A stretch of DNA of 64,000 nt, from assembly GCA_017410065.1 (NCBI GenBank), contig JAFQRL010000005.1:23536-87535 (forward strand), in the 5' to 3' direction. A program made the translations under genes and the position numbers. Under the pieces are notes generated by a model. That model ran no database searches, had not been told where the DNA came from, and saw only the letters and a program-made list of their open reading frames with translations. The first letter of the stretch is position 1. Each line of letters opens with the position of its first letter. Shown piece by piece: positions 8,291-17,823 of this stretch. The DNA comes from Clostridia bacterium (GTDB lineage: Bacteria > Bacillota > Clostridia > Oscillospirales > CAG-272).

Positions 8291-11170
8291 ATGAAGATCA
8301 ACGACACCCTCTACGGCTTCAAGGTCAAAAATATAGAAAACGCCGAGGATGCCCACGGCACGCTCTACACAATGGAGCACGAAAAGACAGGCGCGCCTCT
8401 CACCTTCCTTCAGCGCGACGATAGCAATATGACCTTCTCCATTGCCTTCCGCACTCCCCCGAAGGACGACACGGGCGTCTTCCATATCATCGAGCACTCG
8501 GTGCTCTGCGGCTCAAGAAAATATCCTGTGAAGGACCCCTTCGTTGAGCTGCTTAAGGGCTCGCTCAACACCTTCCTCAACGCCCTGACCTACGAGGACA
8601 GAACGGTTTATCCCGTCTCCTCCCGTTGCGAAAAGGACTTCCTTAATCTGACGGATATATATCTTGACGCGGTGTTTCACCCCCGTATGCTCTCGGATGA
8701 GCGTATCTTCCTTCAGGAGGGCTGGCACTACGAATACGATGAAAATAAAGACACTCTCTCCTATAACGGCGTGGTCTATAACGAAATGCGCGGAGCCTAT
8801 TCCTCTCCCGAGGAGATAGCGAGCAACGCCCTCCGCTCCGCCCTTTTCCCCACGACCGTTTACCGTCACGACTCCGGCGGCGACCCCGACGCCATCCCCA
8901 CCCTCACCTACGGCGAGCTCCTACGCGCTCACAGCACTTATTATCACCCATCCAACTCAATGATATTCCTTGACGGCTCGGTGGACCTTGATAAGCTGCT
9001 GCCCCTTATCGCCTCCTATCTTGACGAATACGACCGCCTTGATATAAGCGTTATCTACCCCGAGGAGCCTGCCACAGACGGCGGCTGCACCGAGGTCGAA
9101 TTCGAGCCGGGCAGCGACCCCCTCGCAAGAGTGCTGTTCGGCTACGTTTATTCCTCTCCCGAAAACAAGGCAACCGACTATGCCCTCGCCATTCTTGATA
9201 ACACCATAGCCTCCACCAACGACACCGCCCTTAAGCGCGCAATGCTTGACAGCGGACTTTGCGAGGATATGTCAACCTACGTCTACCGCTCGCGCCAGAC
9301 CCAATACACCGTCGAGCTTATCGGCGTTAAGGAGGAGGATATCCCCAAGGTCGCCGAAGCGCTTGAGGGTGCCATAAGAGATATCGCAAAGGCGGGTATA
9401 GACAAAGAAAGGCTCGCCGCCACCCTGAATAACGACGAGCTCCGAATGAAGGAAGGCGACGACGGCTCCTATCCGAGAGGCGTCTCAAACGCACTTGTCG
9501 CTTATTCCTTCCAGAACTACGGCTTCCCTGTCTCCAAGGCGCTCAGCTATTCGGACGATATCGAATTTGCAAGAGCCTCCCTTGATAGCGATTTTTACGA
9601 GCAGCTCCTCCTTTCGGCAACCGTGGATAACCCCCACAGAGCCTGCGTCGTTATGCGCCCGAAGGAGGGCCTTGGAGAAAAGCAGGCAGAAGCTCTCCGA
9701 GAGAGGCTCTCAAATATAAAAAGCTCCCTTTCGGCAGAGGAGCTTGAAAAAATAAAGGCGTGCGCTCTGTCTCTTAAGGAATTTCAGGACACCCCCGACA
9801 CCCCCGAGGCAATAGCCACCCTTCCGCGCCTCGCGCTTTCGGATATCGAGCCCCGCCCCTCAAAGGTAAAAACTCAAAAGGAGGTGGCAGAGGGTGCGAC
9901 CGTTCTTTGCCACGGCATCGAGACTCGCGGCATAACCTATCTCACCCTTGCCTTTGAGGCAAACGACCTGACAGACAGCGAGCTTCAGAAGCTCTCCTTC
10001 GCCGCAAGCCTCTTTAAAAACCTGAATACCGCCGAGCACTCGGTCTCCTCGCTCCAAAGCGAAATAAAATCCAAGCTCGGCTACCTCAACTTCTCGCTCA
10101 CGCAATTCCCCTTCTGCGACGGCTCGGGCAGAGCGAGAGTCACCCTCTCCGTTACGGCTAACGCCCTTGAAAGATGTGCCCACGAAATAGTGAAGCTTGC
10201 AAGAGAGGTGCTCCTCACCACCGATTTCAGCGACACCGCCCAGATCGAAAGACGGCTTATTCAGCGCCGCTCGGTAATGGACGAGGCTCTCACCTCCGAT
10301 TCCTTAAGCTTTGCCCTCGCAAGAGTCAATTCCTCCCTCTCCGAGTCGGGCAGAATATCCGAGCTCACAAGCGGCTACACCGCCTATAAATGGATAAACG
10401 AAATAACGAAAAACGCAAAGGAGACGGCGAAGGCTCTCTCCGAGGAGCTGCCCGAGCTTATCTCGCGCATCGCGGTTAAGGAAAGGCTCACCGTGAGCCT
10501 CGCCTCGGAAAAGGACGAGGCCCTCATATCTGCTATCCTCTCCGCATTTCCCTCGGGCAAGCCCTCTCCCGAGCCAAAGAGCTTCTCGGGCGAGCCTCTG
10601 CGCCACGGTATACCCATCCCCGCAAAGGTCTCCTATGCAGTCACGGGTGCTATCTCCGAGGAGTGCTGTAAGAATAACGGCGCAATGCGCGTTGCTCGCT
10701 CCATCCTCAACTACGAATACCTTTGGGGAGAGGTGAGAGTCAAGGGCGGCGCATACGGCACGGGCTTTATCACCAGAAAAACAGGCGAGATGATGTTCTA
10801 TTCCTACCGCGACCCCTCTCCCGAAGCCGCCCTGTCGGTCTATGAAAGAGCCCCCGCCTTTCTCCGCGAGCTTGCAAGGGATAACTGCGACCTCACCAAA
10901 TTCATCATCGGCGCATACGGCGACTACGATATCCTCTCCACCCCGAGGACAGAGGCTTCCCAAGCCCTCTACGATTATATGACAGGCTGGTCCGCCGAAA
11001 AGGAGCTTGCCTTAAAGGAGGGTATCCTCTCGGCAAACGGCGAGAGCCTCCGTCTCGCCGCGGATATTATCGAGGGTGCGTTTGTCCGCTCCTCCACCTG
11101 CGTTATCGGCGATAGAGCCGCCGTCGGTCGAGTAGCTCCGCCCCTCACCGAGCTTAAAACCAAATTTTAA
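8291..11170 (+). CDS. M16C (presequence-protease/insulinase family) metallopeptidase
   Basis: Inverted zincin motif HIIEHSVLCGS, FLNALTYEDRTVYP, GVVYNEMRGAYS, VRVKGGAYG, YSYRDP. Confidence 0.93.
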   Translation: MKINDTLYGFKVKNIENAEDAHGTLYTMEHEKTGAPLTFLQRDDSNMTFSIAFRTPPKDDTGVFHIIEHSVLCGSRKYPVKDPFVELLKGSLNTFLNALTYEDRTVYPVSSRCEKDFLNLTDIYLDAVFHPRMLSDERIFLQEGWHYEYDENKDTLSYNGVVYNEMRGAYSSPEEIASNALRSALFPTTVYRHDSGGDPDAIPTLTYGELLRAHSTYYHPSNSMIFLDGSVDLDKLLPLIASYLDEYDRLDISVIYPEEPATDGGCTEVEFEPGSDPLARVLFGYVYSSPENKATDYALAILDNTIASTNDTALKRAMLDSGLCEDMSTYVYRSRQTQYTVELIGVKEEDIPKVAEALEGAIRDIAKAGIDKERLAATLNNDELRMKEGDDGSYPRGVSNALVAYSFQNYGFPVSKALSYSDDIEFARASLDSDFYEQLLLSATVDNPHRACVVMRPKEGLGEKQAEALRERLSNIKSSLSAEELEKIKACALSLKEFQDTPDTPEAIATLPRLALSDIEPRPSKVKTQKEVAEGATVLCHGIETRGITYLTLAFEANDLTDSELQKLSFAASLFKNLNTAEHSVSSLQSEIKSKLGYLNFSLTQFPFCDGSGRARVTLSVTANALERCAHEIVKLAREVLLTTDFSDTAQIERRLIQRRSVMDEALTSDSLSFALARVNSSLSESGRISELTSGYTAYKWINEITKNAKETAKALSEELPELISRIAVKERLTVSLASEKDEALISAILSAFPSGKPSPEPKSFSGEPLRHGIPIPAKVSYAVTGAISEECCKNNGAMRVARSILNYEYLWGEVRVKGGAYGTGFITRKTGEMMFYSYRDPSPEAALSVYERAPAFLRELARDNCDLTKFIIGAYGDYDILSTPRTEASQALYDYMTGWSAEKELALKEGILSANGESLRLAADIIEGAFVRSSTCVIGDRAAVGRVAPPLTELKTKF

Positions 11171-11186
11171 AAATAAAAAATAGCTA

Positions 11187-11215
11187 TTGACTTTTGGTTT
11201 TTCTTATGCTAAAAT
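11187..11215 (+). promoter_or_regulatory. SigmaA-type promoter of guaB
   Basis: TTGACT-17 bp-TAAAAT with an extended -10 TG. Confidence 0.65.
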
Positions 11216-11259
11216 ATATGCTATATAATTTATAAAATAAAAAAAGAGAGGAAACAAAA

Positions 11260-12765
11260 ATGGCAACTTATTTCTCCGAGCCCTCCCATACCTTCAGCGA
11301 ATACCTTCTCATTCCCGGCTACACCGACGAAAGATGTATTCCCGCTAACGTATCGCTTCGCACCCCCCTTGTTAAGTACAGAAAGGGCAGCGAGGAATGT
11401 CCTATTATGATGAACATTCCTATGACGAGCGCGATAATGCAGTCGGTTTCAGACGATAAGATGGCCATAGCTCTCGCAAAGGAGGGCGGCATTTCCTTCA
11501 TATACGGCTCCCAGTCGGTTGAGGACCAGGCGGCAATGGTCGCAAGAGTTAAGAATTATAAGGCAGGCTTCGTTGTGAGCGATTCAAACCTCACCCCCGA
11601 CAGCACCCTTGCAGACGTTCTCGCCCTCGTTGAGGAGAACGGACACTCCACTATGGCTGTCACCTCCGACGGCACCGCTCACGGCAAGCTTCTCGGCATC
11701 GTCACAGGCAGAGACTACCGCGTGAGCCGTATGTCCACAGACGAGCTTGTTAAAACCTTTATGACTCCCATAGATAAGCTTATAACCGCACCCGAGGGCA
11801 CCACCCTTAAGGCGGCAAACGATATCATCTGGGATCATAAGCTCAATTCCCTCCCCATCGTTGATAAGGATGGCAACCTTAAGTATTTCGTATTCCGCAA
11901 GGACTACTCCCAGCACAAGGAAAATCCCCAGGAGCTTCTTGATAAAAACAAGAGCTATATCGTGGGCGCAGGCATCAACACCCGCGACTACGAGGAGAGA
12001 GTTCCCGCTCTCGTTGAGGCAGGAGCAGACGTCCTTTGCATAGACGCCTCCGAGGGCTACACGATTTGGCAGAAGCGCACCCTTGATTTCATCAGGGCAA
12101 GGTACGGCGATAGCGTTAAGGTCGGCGCGGGCAACGTCGTTGACAGAGACGGCTTTATGTTCCTTGCCGAGGCAGGCGCAGACTTCATCAAGATCGGTAT
12201 CGGCGGCGGCTCCATCTGCATCACCCGTGAGCAGAAGGGCATCGGTCGCGGTCAGGCAAGTGCGGTCATCGAGGTCGCCGCTGCGCGTGACGAATACTTC
12301 AAGAAAACAGGCGTGTATATTCCCATCTGCTCGGACGGCGGTATCGTCCACGATTATCATATGACTCTCGCTCTCGCAATGGGCGCAGACTTTATGATGC
12401 TCGGCAGATACTTCGCAAGATTCGACGAATCCCCCACACCCAAGATTATGGTTAACGGTCAGTACGTTAAGGAGTATTGGGGCGAGGGCTCCAACCGCGC
12501 GAGAAACTGGCAGAGATACGACCTCGGCGGCAAGGCAAAGCTCTCCTTCGAGGAAGGCGTTGATTCCTACGTAACCTACGCAGGCCCTCTTCACGATAAC
12601 GTTGAAAAGTCTCTCTACAAGGTAAAATCCACAATGTGTAACTGCGGCGCCATCACCATCGAGGAGCTCCAGGAAAAGGCAAAGATGACCCTCGTCTCCG
12701 CCACAAGCATCGTCGAAGGCGGCTACCACGACGTTATGCTCCGCTCCACCTCCTCCGTGAAGTAA
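11260..12765 (+). CDS. guaB: IMP dehydrogenase with CBS domains
   Basis: Catalytic [33 protein letters not shown] motifs and a CBS pair. Confidence 0.96.
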   Translation: MATYFSEPSHTFSEYLLIPGYTDERCIPANVSLRTPLVKYRKGSEECPIMMNIPMTSAIMQSVSDDKMAIALAKEGGISFIYGSQSVEDQAAMVARVKNYKAGFVVSDSNLTPDSTLADVLALVEENGHSTMAVTSDGTAHGKLLGIVTGRDYRVSRMSTDELVKTFMTPIDKLITAPEGTTLKAANDIIWDHKLNSLPIVDKDGNLKYFVFRKDYSQHKENPQELLDKNKSYIVGAGINTRDYEERVPALVEAGADVLCIDASEGYTIWQKRTLDFIRARYGDSVKVGAGNVVDRDGFMFLAEAGADFIKIGIGGGSICITREQKGIGRGQASAVIEVAAARDEYFKKTGVYIPICSDGGIVHDYHMTLALAMGADFMMLGRYFARFDESPTPKIMVNGQYVKEYWGEGSNRARNWQRYDLGGKAKLSFEEGVDSYVTYAGPLHDNVEKSLYKVKSTMCNCGAITIEELQEKAKMTLVSATSIVEGGYHDVMLRSTSSVK

Positions 12766-12847
12766 TTAAAAAACCCGCACAAAAAGCATTAAGGAAAAAT
12801 ATCTTATCCAAAATGCTTTAAAGAAAATAAATATCTCACCACCAAAA

Positions 12848-12898
12848 AGGGATGGCTACGGCGCACCTGCTTTATTGCAGGTCGCCGTAGCCATCCCT
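12848..12898. repeat. Long hairpin downstream of guaB
   Basis: AGGGATGGCTACGGCG pairs with CGCCGTAGCCATCCCT (16 bp) around an inner ACCTGC/GCAGGT stem; 40 bp of it is repeated at 13193-13232. Confidence 0.85.
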
Positions 12899-12925
12899 AC
12901 CGTAAAGCAGTTTTTCATCAATATC

Positions 12926-12954
12926 AAAAGGGACGAGAAAATCTCGTCCCTTTT
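12926..12954. terminator. Bidirectional intrinsic terminator candidate
   Basis: AAAAGGGACGAGA-AAA-TCTCGTCCCTTTT. Confidence 0.7.
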
Positions 12955-13019
12955 GCACACTACCTTGCTATGCAAGGTATAGTGTGTTATACTGTATTTT
13001 ACTTTCGGGCGGTAAAGAA

Positions 13020-13192
13020 GTGATGTTTTTGCTTACGCAAAAGTGATGTTACTCACTTCGCTCATAATGATGTTGCTCCCTGCGGTCGCAATGATGTGAT
13101 GTTTGCCCACTGTGCCGCAGGCACACATCATTGCCGTAGGCTACATCATTAGGCGAAGCCGACATCACTTGCCCGTAAGGGCAAACATCATT
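13020..13192. repeat. Linker-plus-mini-hairpin array, family B
   Basis: TGATGT at 13021, 13044, 13068, 13092, 13097; its reverse complement ACATCA at 13125, 13143, 13162, 13185; short hairpins lie between most linkers. Confidence 0.85.
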
Positions 13193-13288
13193 CGGCGCAC
13201 CTGCTTTATTGCAGGTCGCCGTAGCCATCCCTTTCACTTTTCATATACATCATAAAGCGCACGCCTCTATCTGTAAAAAACAGCAAAG

Positions 13289-13328
13289 CACGAAGAAAAC
13301 ACGAAGAAAACACGAAAGAAACACGAAA
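13289..13328 (+). repeat. Four CACGAA motifs at an exact 11-bp period
   Basis: CACGAA at 13289, 13300, 13311, 13322, just upstream of the -35 box. Confidence 0.85.
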
Positions 13329-13344
13329 TTTTCACTTAGTTCTA

Positions 13345-13373
13345 TTGATTTTTTTAAAGCCCTGTGGTATAAT
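13345..13373 (+). promoter_or_regulatory. SigmaA-type promoter of the XRE-AAA gene
   Basis: TTGATT-17 bp-TATAAT with an extended -10 TG; GAGGTG RBS follows. Confidence 0.65.
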
Positions 13374-13391
13374 AACATCGAGGTGATGATA

Positions 13392-15113
13392 ATGACACTA
13401 AAGGAATTAAGAATATCCAAGGGGCTAAGTCAAGTCGAATGTGCTGAATATCTTGGAATGTCTGTAAGAAATTATCAGAATTATGAGAGCGGCAAAAACA
13501 GCAGAGCCACCGCCAAATATAACGCGCTCTATAAAAAGCTTGAAGCATACGGCGACAACTCTTTCTCCGCCGCCACAGACCGTATCGAATACAAAACGAA
13601 TATTGTAATGGGTGATGGACTTCAGGATCTTATTTGCGGAGTTGCAAAATATCAAAAACGCGATTGCTTTGCCCTGTTACACAGATATGTTACAACTCCA
13701 ATCGATGGAAAAATCTGTACACTTTACGGTCTGCGCCGAACAGGCAAAACGACGCTCTTATTCCAAATGATCAACGAGCTCCCATTAAACAAGACGGCAT
13801 ATATTAAGATCAAAAACTCCGATAATATGTCTATGCTGACTAAAGATCTGGGTGTGTTATATGATAAAGGATGCAGATACGCGTTTATCGACGAGGTAAC
13901 ACTGATGGATGATTTTATCAACACCTCTGCACTCCTCTCGGATCTATTCGCAACTATGGGTATGAAAATCGTGGTATCAGGAACAGACTCTCTCGGTTTT
14001 GCGATGGCAAATCGCGACGAGCTCTTTGACAGAAACATTATGATACACACCTCCTTCATTTCCTTTAAGGAGTACGCGAGATTGCTCGGCATTGATTCGG
14101 TTGACAAATACATTGAGTACGGCGGTACTTTGAAGATGGAAAATATGGGCTTTGAAGATCCTGACTCCACCTTTGACGACGTGTCATTCCGTGATGATGA
14201 AAGTACGCGAAAATATATTGATTCGGCTATCAGCCGTAATATTCAGCATTCGCTGAAAAACGATAGCTTTGGTGAGTATTTTAACCAATTACGCGATCTC
14301 TACGAAAAAGGCGAGCTGACCAACGTGATCAACCGAATAGTGCAGAATATGAATCATCAGTTTCTCCTTAGGGTTGTTCGCGAGAATTTCAGGTCCTCCG
14401 ACTTCGGCTCTGCGCGAAATCTGCTCCTTCACGATCTACCCAACAAAAGAGCGCACGTTCTCTACGATGTAAACGAACAAGAGATCATTGAACGCTTAAA
14501 GGCTATTATTGATGTCAAGGAAAGAAATGAAACCGCGATAGAGGTCACGCAAGAGCATATTGATAAGATCAAAAAATACCTGTTTATGCTTGACCTTCTT
14601 GTTGATTGCACGGAGCGTTACGAAAACCGCGGTCAATCAAATTACACGCTGTTTTCACAATCGGGAATGCGCTATGCAATTGCCAAAGCACTTGTCTATT
14701 CTCTGAAGCAAGACGATTATTTTGCAACACGCCCCGAAAGCGATAAAGCATATATCATAAATAAAATACTCTATGATGTGAAGGGCAGAATGCTTGAGGA
14801 TATTGTCCTCCTTGAAACCAGCAAGGCTTGCCCACGAGATCACGAGGCCTTCAGATTCAAGTTTGAAGAAGGTGGCGAATACGATATGGTGGTGTATAAC
14901 AAGACAGATTGCAATTGCTGCGTTTACGAAATCAAGCATAGCGACAAGATCGTAGAACAGCAAACAAGATATCTGCGTGATGAAAGCAAAATCTCCATCG
15001 TTGCACATAGATTTGGAAATGTCGTAGGAAAATACGTGATCTATCGAGGCGCAACACAGGATGTCGGCGATATTCACTATGTCAATGTTGAGGAATATTT
15101 GAAAAGCTTGTAA
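13392..15113 (+). CDS. XRE-HTH + AAA ATPase + probable C-terminal PD-(D/E)XK (DUF4143-like) nuclease-fold protein
   Basis: MTLKELRISKGLSQVECAEYLG HTH; Walker A GLRRTGKT; Walker B FIDE; C-terminal EYDMVV...YEIKHS. Start moved to the RBS-supported ATG (13386 or 13392). Confidence 0.8.
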   Translation: MTLKELRISKGLSQVECAEYLGMSVRNYQNYESGKNSRATAKYNALYKKLEAYGDNSFSAATDRIEYKTNIVMGDGLQDLICGVAKYQKRDCFALLHRYVTTPIDGKICTLYGLRRTGKTTLLFQMINELPLNKTAYIKIKNSDNMSMLTKDLGVLYDKGCRYAFIDEVTLMDDFINTSALLSDLFATMGMKIVVSGTDSLGFAMANRDELFDRNIMIHTSFISFKEYARLLGIDSVDKYIEYGGTLKMENMGFEDPDSTFDDVSFRDDESTRKYIDSAISRNIQHSLKNDSFGEYFNQLRDLYEKGELTNVINRIVQNMNHQFLLRVVRENFRSSDFGSARNLLLHDLPNKRAHVLYDVNEQEIIERLKAIIDVKERNETAIEVTQEHIDKIKKYLFMLDLLVDCTERYENRGQSNYTLFSQSGMRYAIAKALVYSLKQDDYFATRPESDKAYIINKILYDVKGRMLEDIVLLETSKACPRDHEAFRFKFEEGGEYDMVVYNKTDCNCCVYEIKHSDKIVEQQTRYLRDESKISIVAHRFGNVVGKYVIYRGATQDVGDIHYVNVEEYLKSL

Positions 15114-15415
15114 TACTCCCGCCAAAACAATTCGCGAAATTTGCAAAACCTATTGTGAAAAACAATCGGGAGGTCATCAAATATGGATGAAAATATGAAA
15201 TTTTCGGATAGTTTATTTATAATGATTATAGAATATCGAAAAGGCAAAAAGCCTTTTCGCGGCTGATTTTTCAGCCGTTGCAAAAAGCAAATAACTGCTT
15301 TTTGCTTCTATATCATTGCAACAGAAATCGAAAAATTTCTTTTTGAAATTTGTTCGCAAATCTTTGATTTGCCGTCGAAATTCTAGAATTTCGACTTTCG
15401 ATTGTAGTTATAACG

Positions 15416-15453
15416 AAAAGAGACCAAGGCTCGCCGCCTTGGTCTCTTTTTTT
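15416..15453. terminator. Bidirectional intrinsic terminator
   Basis: AAAAGAGACCAAGGC...GCCTTGGTCTCTTTT between convergent genes. Confidence 0.8.
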
Positions 15454-15501
15454 GCGTGCTTTTGCGCGCTGTTTGCTAACTTAAGTTTATGTTAACGGTG
15501 A

Positions 15502-16020
15502 TTATTTGCCGTTAGAAGCTTCGATGGCAAGCTTTGTACCATACCAGATGGTCTTGCCCTTTCTTCCGAGTATGAATTCATCATCATAGGTAGCGAGAGC
15601 ATCCTCATACTCCTTAATATCATCCTCGTAATCTGCGATCTCGGAGGTGGAGAGCTCATCTCTGTACGTCTTGAGAAGGTGCTCTGTGAGCTCGATCTGA
15701 TATTCAAGGTTCTCCTTGCTCTGCTTCTTTATTATCTCCTGCTCCTCAAGCGCGATCTTCGCGGTCTTGGTATTGTCGAAAACAATTATATTGAGATACT
15801 GACCCTCGTCGGAATAAAGTCCGTCATAAGCGGTAAGCTTCTGCACAATGCCCTCGGAGAGGTAGTCTTTGTTTGTCTGAAGAATTACGGTGAAGCCTTT
15901 AGCTTCAAGATTGGACTTTGCGGTTGCAAGATCAAGCTCGGGTCTTGAGCAGGACGCGAGAGTGAAGACGCAGCCCACAAGCATTATAAAAACAAGAATG
16001 GACGATAGGATCTTTTTCAT
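15502..16020 (-). CDS. Uncharacterised lipoprotein, paralog 1
   Basis: Signal peptide with LASC lipobox; aligns by eye with the neighbouring ORF along its full length. Confidence 0.8.
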   Translation of the reverse strand: MKKILSSILVFIMLVGCVFTLASCSRPELDLATAKSNLEAKGFTVILQTNKDYLSEGIVQKLTAYDGLYSDEGQYLNIIVFDNTKTAKIALEEQEIIKKQSKENLEYQIELTEHLLKTYRDELSTSEIADYEDDIKEYEDALATYDDEFILGRKGKTIWYGTKLAIEASNGK

Positions 16021-16067
16021 CGTTTATTCTCCTTTACTTAAATTAAATTTTATTTTAGTGGGTGATA

Positions 16068-16583
16068 TCAGCCTTTGGAAGCCTCAACAGCTGCCTTTGT
16101 GCCATACCAAACGGTCTTGCCGCTTCTGCCAACGATGAAGTCTTCCTTCATAGCCTCAAGTGCTTCCTTGGCCTCCTCGATCTCCTCGTTGTAATCCTCT
16201 ATCTCGTCTGCGCTGAGCTCATCCTTATAGGTCTTTACCATATGCTCAGCCTTCTTGATCTCATATTTGATGTACTCGATCTGACGCTCCTTCGACATCT
16301 CCTGCTCCTTGATATAGAGCTTTGCTGTCTTGGTCTTATCGAATTTAGCGATAATGATCTCCTCGCCGTCGTCGTTTTCAGCCTCAAGAACCTCAACAAG
16401 TCCGAGATAGCCAAACGACTTAAGCTCTTCAGCCTTCGCGGAATACTCTACGTCGTAACCTGCCGCCTCAAGATTTGCTTTTGCCTTTTCGAAGTTAAGC
16501 TCAGGCTTTGCGCAGGACGTGAGAGTGAGAGCGCAGCCGATAAGCATAACGAGCACCAAAAGTGCGGATATGATTTTTTTCAT
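16068..16583 (-). CDS. Uncharacterised lipoprotein, paralog 2
   Basis: Signal peptide with LTSC lipobox; shares PELxxxxAKxNLEA and GRxGKTxWYGTKxAxEAS with paralog 1. Confidence 0.8.
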   Translation of the reverse strand: MKKIISALLVLVMLIGCALTLTSCAKPELNFEKAKANLEAAGYDVEYSAKAEELKSFGYLGLVEVLEAENDDGEEIIIAKFDKTKTAKLYIKEQEMSKERQIEYIKYEIKKAEHMVKTYKDELSADEIEDYNEEIEEAKEALEAMKEDFIVGRSGKTVWYGTKAAVEASKG

Positions 16584-16705
16584 TGATGATCTCCTTTAGT
16601 TTATTTTACTTACCGATCGGCACCCAGTGCCTTTCTTAAAGCTATTCTAATTATATAGCTTTAGTTCATATTTTGTCAATATATTTAAGCTATCTTTTTA
16701 ACAAT

Positions 16706-17194
16706 TTAAGAATTTTTAATTTTTCCAAGAGCCTCAATATATTCTGCCACCCTTGTTGGCAAAAGTGAGGAAAGAGCCTCTCTGTCCCCCGAAGCCATAG
16801 CCTCTCTCGCCGCCGTTGAGCTGATATTTTCAAAGCCCTCCGCGCACTTGATTAGCCTGGTTTTATATCCGCCGTGAGCCTCGTTCCATTCGGCTTGCTT
16901 CATCTCCCAGGGAAGGTCGGCATCGGTGCGATAGCCTTTCACGATAAGCTCAATACCCTTCTCCCTCATATAGTCCACCACAAGCCCCGAGGAAAAGTCC
17001 ACACTCACGCACCCCATCCCCTCCGTGGCAAGCCTCAACATATCAAGCTTCTCCTCGGGAGAAAAGGCGTATTCCTTCTCGGGATTTATAAAGGCAACGG
17101 CAAACACCTCGCCGTATTCTCTCGCCGCCCTCTTAATAATTTCTAGATGACCAAGGGTTATTGGGTCGTAGCTACCTGGCAAAATAACCTTCAT
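16706..17194 (-). CDS. coaD: Phosphopantetheine adenylyltransferase
   Basis: PGSYDPITLGHLEII, IVKGYR, ISSTAARE; lies downstream of rsmD. Confidence 0.93.
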   Translation of the reverse strand: MKVILPGSYDPITLGHLEIIKRAAREYGEVFAVAFINPEKEYAFSPEEKLDMLRLATEGMGCVSVDFSSGLVVDYMREKGIELIVKGYRTDADLPWEMKQAEWNEAHGGYKTRLIKCAEGFENISSTAAREAMASGDREALSSLLPTRVAEYIEALGKIKNS

Positions 17195-17772
17195 CTCTCC
17201 CCGTCCTCTCTGCCTCTGTAAAAGAGAATATTAACAGCCGTTTTCTTGCCGTAGCTTTGAGATTTTATCACCTCGTAGCCGCGAAGCCTATCGTCGCTTG
17301 CCTCGATCCTCTCCTCCCCCGATTCAAGCACCACGATAGCCCCTGGGATGATCACGCCGTATGCGGCAAGAGCATCCGCCATATCAACACAGCACTCCAG
17401 CGCATAAGGCGGATCTATGAAAACAAGATCGTACCTCTCTCTGCCCGAAGCCTTCCTCAAATAATTTTTCGCATCGCTCACAAGATAGTGGCACCTATCC
17501 GAAAGCTTTGTGCTTATAGCATTTTTCTTAACTATCTCCATAGCCTCGCGGGAGGAATCTATAAAGGTCGCCCTCACAGCCCCCCTGGAGAGTGCCTCAA
17601 GCCCCATCTGTCCCGAGCCCGCAAAAAGATCAAGCACCACCCTTCCCTCGCACTCAAACTGAATGGAGGAGAAGATCGCGCCCTTTATTCTCTCCGAGGT
17701 AGGGCGAGTTGCGTCGCCCTCAAGGGTCTCAAGCCTTCTGCCCTTGGCAGTGCCCGTAATTATTCGCATCAT
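17191..17772 (-). CDS. rsmD: 16S rRNA m2G966 methyltransferase RsmD
   Basis: MRIITGTAKGRRL, RPTSERIK, LDLFAGSGQMGLEALSRGA, VFIDPPY. Confidence 0.94.
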   Translation of the reverse strand: MMRIITGTAKGRRLETLEGDATRPTSERIKGAIFSSIQFECEGRVVLDLFAGSGQMGLEALSRGAVRATFIDSSREAMEIVKKNAISTKLSDRCHYLVSDAKNYLRKASGRERYDLVFIDPPYALECCVDMADALAAYGVIIPGAIVVLESGEERIEASDDRLRGYEVIKSQSYGKKTAVNILFYRGREDGER

Positions 17773-17823
17773 TATAATAATTCCTGCTTTCTGTTTTAGG
17801 TTTTTAGTGTCTATTAGACTTCT

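Noticed and set aside
11215-11259. Purine riboswitch upstream of guaB
   Set aside because: The leader is about 40 nt and A-rich, too short for the aptamer.
13209-13391. N-terminal extension of the XRE-AAA ORF from 13209
   Set aside because: It runs through repeats and the promoter; the RBS supports a start at 13386 or 13392.
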